NCBI GenBank assembly: GCA_028711165.1
Contig: JAQTST010000001.1
Span: 14,708 to 78,707, forward strand
Direction of reading: 5' to 3'
DNA: 64,000 bases
Source of the DNA: Candidatus Nanoarchaeia archaeon
Lineage (GTDB): Archaea; Nanobdellota; Nanobdellia; Pacearchaeales; GW2011-AR1
Shown: piece after piece, positions 9,375-16,785 of the stretch
How the letters are laid out: every line of letters begins with the position of its first letter
Numbering within the stretch: position 1 is the first letter of the stretch
The notes under the pieces: model-generated
The model's input: the letters and a program-made list of their open reading frames with translations, nothing else
Databases searched by the model: none
Told to the model about the DNA's origin: nothing
Position numbers and translations under genes: made by a program

Positions 9375-11081
9375 ATGATAATTTCTAAGACCCCTTACAG
9401 AGTTGACTTAATTGGAGATGGAACTGATTTAGGAAGTTTTTGCAGAAGAGAAAGGGGATGTATAATTAATGCGGCGATTAAAAAGTATATTTACATAATA
9501 ATCAATAAATCAAAAGATGATAAAATCACAATAATCTCTGAAGAAAATATAGAAATTGCCGACAATGTTGAAGAAGTAAAAAATTCCAGAATAAGGGAAG
9601 CAATGAAACTTACTGGAGTTACAAAGGGAATTACACTCTATTCGATTGCAGAAGCTCCGGTGGGAACAGGGTTGGGTGGTTCTAGTTCATTCACGGTAGG
9701 AATTCTAAATGCTCTTCATGCTTACAAGGGAGAACATCCTGATAAAAAAGAATTAGCTGAAGAAGCCTGCAAAATAGAAATCGATATTCTAAAAGAGCCT
9801 ATAGGAAAACAAGATCAATATGCTGCTGCTTTTGGGGGGTTTAATAGAATGGAATTTTTTGGGAAGGATGTTAAAGTATCTTCTTTGGGTTTAGAAAATG
9901 AGACATTATCTAAAATTGAAGAAACTATGATGATGTTTTATCTTGGAGGAAGCAGAAAGACTTCTAATATTCTCTCAGAACAAAATGAAAGAATAAAAGA
10001 TAACTTGGAAGTTTTTAATTCTCTTTTGAATATGAGGAATCTCGCAGACCAGATGTTTATAGAATGTGACTCAAACTGCGAAGTTAGATTTGGAGAATAT
10101 CTAAAAAAGAATTGGGCTATCAAGAAAGGATTAGTCGGAGGAATAAATAATCCTATAATAGAAAACTATTGTGCTCTCGCATTATCTCTTGGGGTCTATG
10201 GAGCAAAACTTTCCGGAGCAGGAGGTTCTGGATTTTTAATTGTGTCTGCTTCTAAAGAAAAGCAGAATATAATAAAAGAGAATTTTAAAAATTTAGAGTT
10301 TCATGAATTTAAAATTGATTATACTGGAAGCCAGATTATTTATTCAGATGAAAAAGAATTTGAAAATAAAGTGGAGAGAAATTTTCCAAAACTAAAGGGA
10401 GTAGCTTTTGATTTGGAGGGAACTGTTGTGGATTTAGAAAGGTTTCATCATAACGCTCACTTAGAAGTCTGCAGGGCAGTAGGATTGAATATCTCCTTAA
10501 CGGAAGCCATTGAAAAAATTCCCCATTTTGTAGGCGGACCAGACAATAAAATAATGGAGGATATACGCAATTTGGGATATACAAGCAAAAGTGTAGAAGA
10601 GATGATTGAAATGGATAGCAAACTTTACGAAAAAGAATTAATGAGCACTCCGATGATTCTACCGCGCCCCGGATTTTTAGAATTTTTAGATAAATTAAAG
10701 AAAACAGGAATAAAATATTCTATCGGTTCTCTCACAGATACAAAGTGGGCTGTATATATTCTTGAAAAATCCGGGCTTATGCATCCCTTTGATACAAATA
10801 GTATAGTTTTAAGAGAGCATGTTTTTAATTTGAAACCTTCTCCTGATGTTTATCTTAAAACCGCGCAAAGAATGGGAATTTCTCCTGAAGAACAGATAGT
10901 TTTTGAAGATTCTCCAAACGGAGCTAAAGCGGCAGTAAATGCTGGCTCCAGAGTCATTGCTATGCCCATATACTACAAGAACCAAGAAGTAACAAGGAGA
11001 TTAAAAGAAGTTGGGATATTGGAAATCTTTCCTGATTGGGACTGCGATAAATTAATGCAGTTAATTGGGGGATTGAAATGA
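9375..11081 (+). CDS. GHMP sugar kinase (HddA-like heptose kinase) fused to a HAD-superfamily phosphatase-like domain
   Basis: N-terminal half: 'DLIGDGTDL', 'APVGTGLGGSSS' (GHMP motif II) and 'KLSGAGGSGF' (motif III). C-terminal half: 'AFDLEGTVVD' (HAD motif I with Glu in place of the second Asp) and 'FEDSPNGAKAA' (motif IV). Confidence 0.75.
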   Translation: MIISKTPYRVDLIGDGTDLGSFCRRERGCIINAAIKKYIYIIINKSKDDKITIISEENIEIADNVEEVKNSRIREAMKLTGVTKGITLYSIAEAPVGTGLGGSSSFTVGILNALHAYKGEHPDKKELAEEACKIEIDILKEPIGKQDQYAAAFGGFNRMEFFGKDVKVSSLGLENETLSKIEETMMMFYLGGSRKTSNILSEQNERIKDNLEVFNSLLNMRNLADQMFIECDSNCEVRFGEYLKKNWAIKKGLVGGINNPIIENYCALALSLGVYGAKLSGAGGSGFLIVSASKEKQNIIKENFKNLEFHEFKIDYTGSQIIYSDEKEFENKVERNFPKLKGVAFDLEGTVVDLERFHHNAHLEVCRAVGLNISLTEAIEKIPHFVGGPDNKIMEDIRNLGYTSKSVEEMIEMDSKLYEKELMSTPMILPRPGFLEFLDKLKKTGIKYSIGSLTDTKWAVYILEKSGLMHPFDTNSIVLREHVFNLKPSPDVYLKTAQRMGISPEEQIVFEDSPNGAKAAVNAGSRVIAMPIYYKNQEVTRRLKEVGILEIFPDWDCDKLMQLIGGLK

Positions 11082-12037
11082 TAATTTCTCGAACTCCATT
11101 AAATTTAAATTTCTGTGGAGAGGAGACAAATATAAAAGAATATTGGGAAAAACATGACGGGGCAATTATCTGTGGAACAATTAACAAATATATATATTTA
11201 ATCGCAAAAGAAAGAATTGATAATGAAATCTGGCTGAAATATTCCAAAAACGAAATTGTAAAAAGATTGGACGAGATTAAAAATGAACTACTAAAAGAAG
11301 TGTTAAAAGAAACAGGGTTCATCAAGGGGATAGAACTTGTCTCCCTCTCAAGCATCCCAAAGGGGTATGAACTAGGAAGCTCTAGTGCATTTACTATTGG
11401 TTCTTTAAATTCAGTTTATGCTTTATTGGGAAAATATAAATCTCCCTTAGAGTTGGCTAAAGAAGCCATAGAAATAGAAAGAAAAGCGAGGGGATTAAAT
11501 AGCAAAAGAAATGAGCAGTATTCCCTTTCATATGGAGGATTAAATTTTATAGAACTAAAAAAAGATGGAGAAATAAAAATTAGCCCGATTATTATGCCTC
11601 CCTCAATAAAAAAGAGCCTGACGGATAATCTTCTTTTATTTGATATGGGGATAAAAGAGAATCCTCAAGATGAAATTTTAAAAGAAAAACCAATAGATGA
11701 AGAATCTCTTCATAAGGCAAAAGAATTTGCTTATGCACTTAAAGATTCACTACAGTCTTTGGATATTAGAAGATTTGGAGAAATTCTACACCAAAATTGG
11801 GTTTATAAAAAAACAAAAGAGGAAATACATCCTGCAATAGAATGGAACTATAATCTTGCAAAATCCGCCGGTGCAGTCGGAGGAAAGGTTTGGAATTGTA
11901 AAAATGGAAGATTCTTGCTTCTGTATGTTGAACCAGAAAATCAAGACAGGGTAAGAGCTGCTTTAGGGAATCTAAATGAGATTCATTTTAATTTAGAAAG
12001 TTCTGGCAGTAAGATAATCTATCTGGAGGATATATGA
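11078..12037 (+). CDS. GHMP kinase-family paralog with degenerate nucleotide-binding motifs
   Basis: Collinear with the N-terminal half of 9375..11081 ('MIISRTPLNLNF' vs 'MIISKTPYRVDL'). Motif II is 'IPKGYELGSSSA' and motif III is 'GAVGGKVWNCKNGRF'. ATGA overlap with the upstream gene. Confidence 0.6.
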   Translation: MIISRTPLNLNFCGEETNIKEYWEKHDGAIICGTINKYIYLIAKERIDNEIWLKYSKNEIVKRLDEIKNELLKEVLKETGFIKGIELVSLSSIPKGYELGSSSAFTIGSLNSVYALLGKYKSPLELAKEAIEIERKARGLNSKRNEQYSLSYGGLNFIELKKDGEIKISPIIMPPSIKKSLTDNLLLFDMGIKENPQDEILKEKPIDEESLHKAKEFAYALKDSLQSLDIRRFGEILHQNWVYKKTKEEIHPAIEWNYNLAKSAGAVGGKVWNCKNGRFLLLYVEPENQDRVRAALGNLNEIHFNLESSGSKIIYLEDI

Positions 12038-12648
12038 ATTTTGCAGAAGAATATTTTTTTGAATTGAAAAAAAATCTGGAAAAAGTAGATAAAAAAAAAA
12101 TAGAAGAGATCGCGAATGTTCTTATAAATGCGTGGAAAAACGACAAGCAGGTTTTTATTGTTGGTAATGGTGGAAGTGCAGCCACTTCTTCCCATATGGC
12201 TTGTGATTTGGGAAAAGGAACTTTGAAAAAGATTTATGATCCCAGAGAAAAAAGATTCAGAGTTATTTCCCTTACTGATAATACCCCCTTGTTAACTGCT
12301 TTGTCAAACGATGTTGGTTATGAAAATGTTTTTGCCCAACAGTTGTATAACCAAATTCAAGTTGGAGATGTATTAATTGCTATTACTGGAAGCGGAAACA
12401 GTGAAAATGTGATTAGGGCAATTAAAGTCGCCCAAGAAAAAAAAGCCATTATAATTGCTTTTCTTGGAGCAAATGGGGGGAAGGTAAGAGAGATTGTGGA
12501 TTATTATTTACTCTATGAAGAACCCCATTATGGAAGAATTGAAGATGCACATAGCATTTTTTCACATTTAATCTGCTGTTGGATAAGAGAAAAAATTAAT
12601 GTTTTAAAATCAGAGGGGAAGTTTTTTAAGGAGGGTGTAGAAAAATAA
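12034..12648 (+). CDS. gmhA: sedoheptulose-7-phosphate isomerase (SIS domain, GmhA-like)
   Basis: 'FIVGNGGSAATSSHMACDL' SIS/GmhA signature. About 200 aa. Sits next to heptose kinase-like genes. Confidence 0.8.
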   Translation: MNFAEEYFFELKKNLEKVDKKKIEEIANVLINAWKNDKQVFIVGNGGSAATSSHMACDLGKGTLKKIYDPREKRFRVISLTDNTPLLTALSNDVGYENVFAQQLYNQIQVGDVLIAITGSGNSENVIRAIKVAQEKKAIIIAFLGANGGKVREIVDYYLLYEEPHYGRIEDAHSIFSHLICCWIREKINVLKSEGKFFKEGVEK

Positions 12649-13745
12649 TGAAAGTCTTAATCACAGGAGGAGCAGGATTCATTGGAAGTCATACTGCAGA
12701 TTTGTTATCTCAAAAAGGATACTCTGTAAAAATATTAGATAATTTAAGCCCGCCAGTCCACGACGGAGAATGGCCGGATTATGTTAAAAGAGAAGGATAT
12801 GAATTGGTAAGAGGAGATGTTACAAACAAAAAAGATTTAACAAAAGTGTTAGACAGCGTCGATTATGTGTTACATCTTGCAGCATACCAAGATCAGATGC
12901 CTAACTTCAGCAAATTTTTTACAACAAATACTGTAAGTACGGCTCTCATCTTTGAGACAATATTAGAGAATAAATTTCCTGTTAAAAAAATAGTTTATGC
13001 AAGTTCCCAATTTGTTTATGGTGATGGGATTTACAAATCAGAGGATGGAAAAGAATTTTTTCCCGAGCTAAGAACTGAAGAACAATTCAAAAATAAAATG
13101 TGGGACATAATTGATTCTGGAGGAAGAAGAGCAAAATTTATATCATTCAAAGAAGAGCAAAAAATTAATCCAATCAATTCATATGGGTTATCTAAAATGG
13201 CGTCGGAAGTGATGGGATTAAGACTTGGAAAAACTTATGGCATACCTTTTTCAATTTTGAGATATTCAATTGTGCAGGGAGCAAGGCAATCTCCGAGAAA
13301 TATTTATTCCGGAGCATTGAGAATTTTTGTAACTCAAGCTCTTGCAGGAAAAACTATCACAGTAATGGAAGATGGGAATCAGTTAAGAGATTTTGTCAAT
13401 GTTGAAAATGTCGCGGAGGCAAATGTGCTAATGATTGAAGATTCAAAAACAGATTTTGAGATATACAACGTCGGTGGAGGAAAAAGCTACAAGGTAAAAG
13501 ATTTTGCAGAGATAGTAAAAAGAATAACAAAATCCGATTCAGATATTTTAATCGACGGAAGATACAGAAGGACAGACACCAGAAATGCTGTGTCAGATAT
13601 TTCAAAATTAGAAAATCTCGGCTGGAATCCATCAAATAGTCCTGAAAAATCTGTTAATGATTATGTTAACTGGATAAAATCCTCAAAATTTGATATAGAG
13701 GAAATTGTAAAAAATATTGAAAGGGGGCATAAAGAATTAGTTTAA
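12648..13745 (+). CDS. NAD-dependent sugar epimerase/dehydratase (extended SDR)
   Basis: '[13 protein letters not shown]' and catalytic 'YGLSK'. Confidence 0.8.
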   Translation: MKVLITGGAGFIGSHTADLLSQKGYSVKILDNLSPPVHDGEWPDYVKREGYELVRGDVTNKKDLTKVLDSVDYVLHLAAYQDQMPNFSKFFTTNTVSTALIFETILENKFPVKKIVYASSQFVYGDGIYKSEDGKEFFPELRTEEQFKNKMWDIIDSGGRRAKFISFKEEQKINPINSYGLSKMASEVMGLRLGKTYGIPFSILRYSIVQGARQSPRNIYSGALRIFVTQALAGKTITVMEDGNQLRDFVNVENVAEANVLMIEDSKTDFEIYNVGGGKSYKVKDFAEIVKRITKSDSDILIDGRYRRTDTRNAVSDISKLENLGWNPSNSPEKSVNDYVNWIKSSKFDIEEIVKNIERGHKELV

Positions 13746-14261
13746 ATGTTTCCTGTAGAAAATTCCGATTTATACACTTCTGGAAAAATCATTAAGCCGG
13801 AAGAAGCAGCGATTTTTGTCTCAAAATTAAAAAGTTTTAATAAAAAAGTTGGCTTGTGCCTCGGATGTTTTGATTTGCTTCATCCCGGACATATAAAACA
13901 TTTAGAATCTGCAAAAAAATTATGCGATTATCTTGTTGTTGCGATAACTGCAGACAAATTTATAACTCCAAGAAAAGGTGAAGGCAGGCCCATATTTAAT
14001 GAAAAAATCAGGGCTTATATGATAGCAATGATGGAAATTGTTGATTGCGTGGTTATTCAAAATTATGAAAGAGGAACAGAAATGATAGAGATAATCAAAC
14101 CAACACATTATTTTAAAGGACCAGATATTAAAAATTTAGATACTCCTGCAATTAATGAAGAACGTGAGATGGTTAAAAAAGTTGGCGGGGAGATGATATA
14201 CACTGATGATCCAAAATGGGCAACTACAGAGATATTAGATTTCCTGAAAAATTTAAAATAA
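13746..14261 (+). CDS. cytidylyltransferase-fold nucleotidyltransferase (RfaE/HldE domain II-like)
   Basis: 'GCFDLLHPGHIKHL' (HxGH), followed by 'RPIFNEKIRAYMIAMMEIVDCVV', resembling the heptose-1-phosphate adenylyltransferase domain. Confidence 0.7.
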   Translation: MFPVENSDLYTSGKIIKPEEAAIFVSKLKSFNKKVGLCLGCFDLLHPGHIKHLESAKKLCDYLVVAITADKFITPRKGEGRPIFNEKIRAYMIAMMEIVDCVVIQNYERGTEMIEIIKPTHYFKGPDIKNLDTPAINEEREMVKKVGGEMIYTDDPKWATTEILDFLKNLK

Positions 14262-15140
14262 TTATGGATTTACTTTCGGCCTCCATACAGGACAATACGG
14301 ATTTTTCTTAATCCTCAAAGCATAATAGGCTCGAATTTGTATGTAAGCCAGGAATAAAATAAAGGATAAAGATTTTAAAAAATTATCAAAAAGATTGTCA
14401 AAGGAAAAAAATAAAACTTCATTATAAAAATTTTTATACCGAATATTACTGCCCTTTGCGTATCTTAATAAAGTCATGTGCGCTTTTGCGCTACGAACTC
14501 TTTGATGAAAATGTGCATTTAAATCTGAAGGGTATTTAACATAAACTTTTGCATTTTCGACATAAATATTCTTGTATCCTTTATTGCTTATTAAAAAAGA
14601 AATTATGGTGCCTTCAGCGACGTCGAGGGGGATTTCATTGATTATACCTTTTCGAATAGCGAGGATTGTTGCGGTGTGTTCAATGAATAAATTTTTCTTA
14701 AATCTTCTTTTTTTCATTTTATGAAGTCCGTTTGTCAATACATGCGCCCAGTAATCGTATAAATTATTTTTGCCATTTAGAGGGATTATTCTGCCACCGG
14801 CGATTCCAACTTTCTCATCATTAAATTGTTCAACAAGAAGTCTGACAACATCTTTTTCAAAAAACTTGTTTCCATCAGTCCAGATTAAAATTCTCCCTTT
14901 GGCAATTTTCATGATTTCATTCATAAGCTGATTTTTTGAGTGAGTATAATCTTGAGAAATATATTTTATAATTTGGGGGTATTTTTTTTTATAATCCATA
15001 ATTATTTTTTTTGTGGGATTGTCCGGACAGGCAGCAATTAATTCAAATTCCTCGGAAAAATTTTCCTGGTTTAAAATTCGGGAAATACATTCACCAATAG
15101 TGTTTGAATGTTCAAAAGCTGTAACAATTATGGAAATCAT
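14262..15140 (-). CDS. family 2 glycosyltransferase (paralog of 7531..8439)
   Basis: 'MISIIVTAFEHSN...FELIAACPDNPTKKIIMDYKKKYPQIIKY' aligns collinearly with 7531..8439. Confidence 0.7.
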   Translation of the reverse strand: MISIIVTAFEHSNTIGECISRILNQENFSEEFELIAACPDNPTKKIIMDYKKKYPQIIKYISQDYTHSKNQLMNEIMKIAKGRILIWTDGNKFFEKDVVRLLVEQFNDEKVGIAGGRIIPLNGKNNLYDYWAHVLTNGLHKMKKRRFKKNLFIEHTATILAIRKGIINEIPLDVAEGTIISFLISNKGYKNIYVENAKVYVKYPSDLNAHFHQRVRSAKAHMTLLRYAKGSNIRYKNFYNEVLFFSFDNLFDNFLKSLSFILFLAYIQIRAYYALRIKKNPYCPVWRPKVNP

Positions 15141-16672
15141 ATTCTATATCTTACTTTATCATACCACACTTTAAAATTTACAGGAAGAGAGCGATAAAAA
15201 GGCTTGGCAATTTTTTCCCGAATTAAATCATAGAACCCAACGATTTCCAAGACAATCAAAGTTCTAAGATTATTTCTTAAATTTCTTTTTACTCTTTCAG
15301 GTTTTAATAAATAATTAATTAGAGAATTAGATAAAAATCCAAAACGGGTTTTAGTAACACTTCCTCTCATTAAATTTAATATAAGAACGAGATACATATT
15401 TTTTCGTTTAAGTAAAATGTGAGCTTTTCTATCCCAATAATTCAAATGATAGGCTGCATCTTTTTCTGTTTTTACTAATCCTTCTTTTCTTGCTCGCTGG
15501 TCAAGTTTAGAGCCAGGAAAAAGAACAAGATTATTTACTGAAAGATAATAGGGTTTTGGAATTTTTTGAAGGAGCCTTATCAGGCTAATTATATTTTCTG
15601 GAGTTTCATAAGGATTGCAGGTAATAACATCGTACATAACTGCTAATTTATCCTTGTATTTGTTCAAAATTCTTGACGCCCTTAAAACATCTTCATCTTT
15701 CTGATTTCTATGATAGATTTCAGAATTTGTTTTTTCACTTCCCTGAATACCAATTATGATATCAGTGCATCCAGCATCGATTAAAAGAGAAATTTTTTCG
15801 TCATCAATTGTCTTTGGGTCTCCGAGACATTTGAATCGCATTTTTATCTGTTTTTTATATAATTCGCAGAATTTTTTTATGTCTTCTTTATTTCTCCAGG
15901 AGAATGTATCGTCGCGGATATCAAAATAATTTAAAGTTGGAAATTTTTTCTTTAATTCAAGAATCCCCCTGATGATATATTCTGGAGAATGCCATCTTAA
16001 AATTTTTTTTCGCTTTTCTTTGTAAAGTTCGTTTAATAGACTATTACTGCAATAATCACATCCATAAGGACAGCCCCGCCCAGTCAGGAAAAATATTGCT
16101 CCATCTAAATCTGATTCAGAAAATTTTCTTATTTTTTTATTGTCCAAAAGATAATGGGTATTAATCTCATAGTCGGGCATCGGGATTTCGTCAAGATTAT
16201 CAATCAGATTTCGGACAGGATTTTTTATTATTTTATTTTCTTTTTTAATCCATAAATTTTTTATTTTTTCAATAGATTTTTTATTTTCAATGGCATTTGC
16301 AAGTTCCACAATTGCATCTTCAGCCTCGCCGACACAGACTAAATCACAGACTTTAATACAATCTTCAGGAGATATTGTTGCGTGAACTCCACCATAGACT
16401 ATTGGTTGATTTAATCTTTTTTTCAAAAAAGATATTATTCTTGATGCTCTCTTGGAAGTTGAAGCAAATGCATTTATTCCAATCAACTGGCTATCTCTGC
16501 AAAATTTTAATAATTGATTCAGTTCTCGAAGGTTATAATTTCTAAAATAATTTTCACTTAGAGACATAAATACAATCCTCACGTTATGCCCTGCCTTTTT
16601 TAACATTGAAGAAATTGTTCTTATTCCCTGATCAGAGGGATAGGTTGAAGTTGAAATGAGAGTTATCTTCAT
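15137..16672 (-). CDS. class B (B12-binding domain) radical SAM enzyme
   Basis: N-terminal flavodoxin-like B12-type domain ('ITLISTS...VYGGVHAT'), then 'LTGRGCPYGCDYCS' and 'GIQGSEKT'. Confidence 0.85.
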   Translation of the reverse strand: MKITLISTSTYPSDQGIRTISSMLKKAGHNVRIVFMSLSENYFRNYNLRELNQLLKFCRDSQLIGINAFASTSKRASRIISFLKKRLNQPIVYGGVHATISPEDCIKVCDLVCVGEAEDAIVELANAIENKKSIEKIKNLWIKKENKIIKNPVRNLIDNLDEIPMPDYEINTHYLLDNKKIRKFSESDLDGAIFFLTGRGCPYGCDYCSNSLLNELYKEKRKKILRWHSPEYIIRGILELKKKFPTLNYFDIRDDTFSWRNKEDIKKFCELYKKQIKMRFKCLGDPKTIDDEKISLLIDAGCTDIIIGIQGSEKTNSEIYHRNQKDEDVLRASRILNKYKDKLAVMYDVITCNPYETPENIISLIRLLQKIPKPYYLSVNNLVLFPGSKLDQRARKEGLVKTEKDAAYHLNYWDRKAHILLKRKNMYLVLILNLMRGSVTKTRFGFLSNSLINYLLKPERVKRNLRNNLRTLIVLEIVGFYDLIREKIAKPFYRSLPVNFKVWYDKVRYRI

Positions 16673-16785
16673 CTAAAAGAATAAAGGATTTGTTTTTTAA
16701 GGGTTTATCTCAAAATAATATATATTTTGGAATAATATATCAATCTTATATAAACCCTTTAAAGAGCAAGTGCTGAGGATTTATA
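16673..16785. promoter_or_regulatory. divergent promoter region with two TATA-like boxes
   Basis: 'ttttttaag' (16693..16701) lies 21-29 nt upstream of the minus-strand ATG (16672). 'tttaaag' (16758..16764) lies 22-28 nt upstream of the ATG at 16786. Confidence 0.4.

Noticed and set aside
12091-12100. An A10 homopolymer in gmhA and the numerous G6/C6 runs (for example 1109..1114, 8558..8563, 9054..9059 and 12475..12480) as phase-variation candidates.
   Set aside because: Poly-A/T runs are expected at this base composition (Lys AAA codons). The G6 runs are single Gly-Gly dipeptides in conserved GxGG or GGxG motifs. Only the tracts of 7 or more Gs were kept, as a low-confidence finding.
16673-16785. 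tRNA or small ncRNA genes in the largest intergenic regions (16673..16785 and 61471..61598).
   Set aside because: The sequences are almost entirely A/T. They lack GC-rich stems and any cloverleaf or T-loop 'GTTCRANNC' motif. Divergent promoters explain them.
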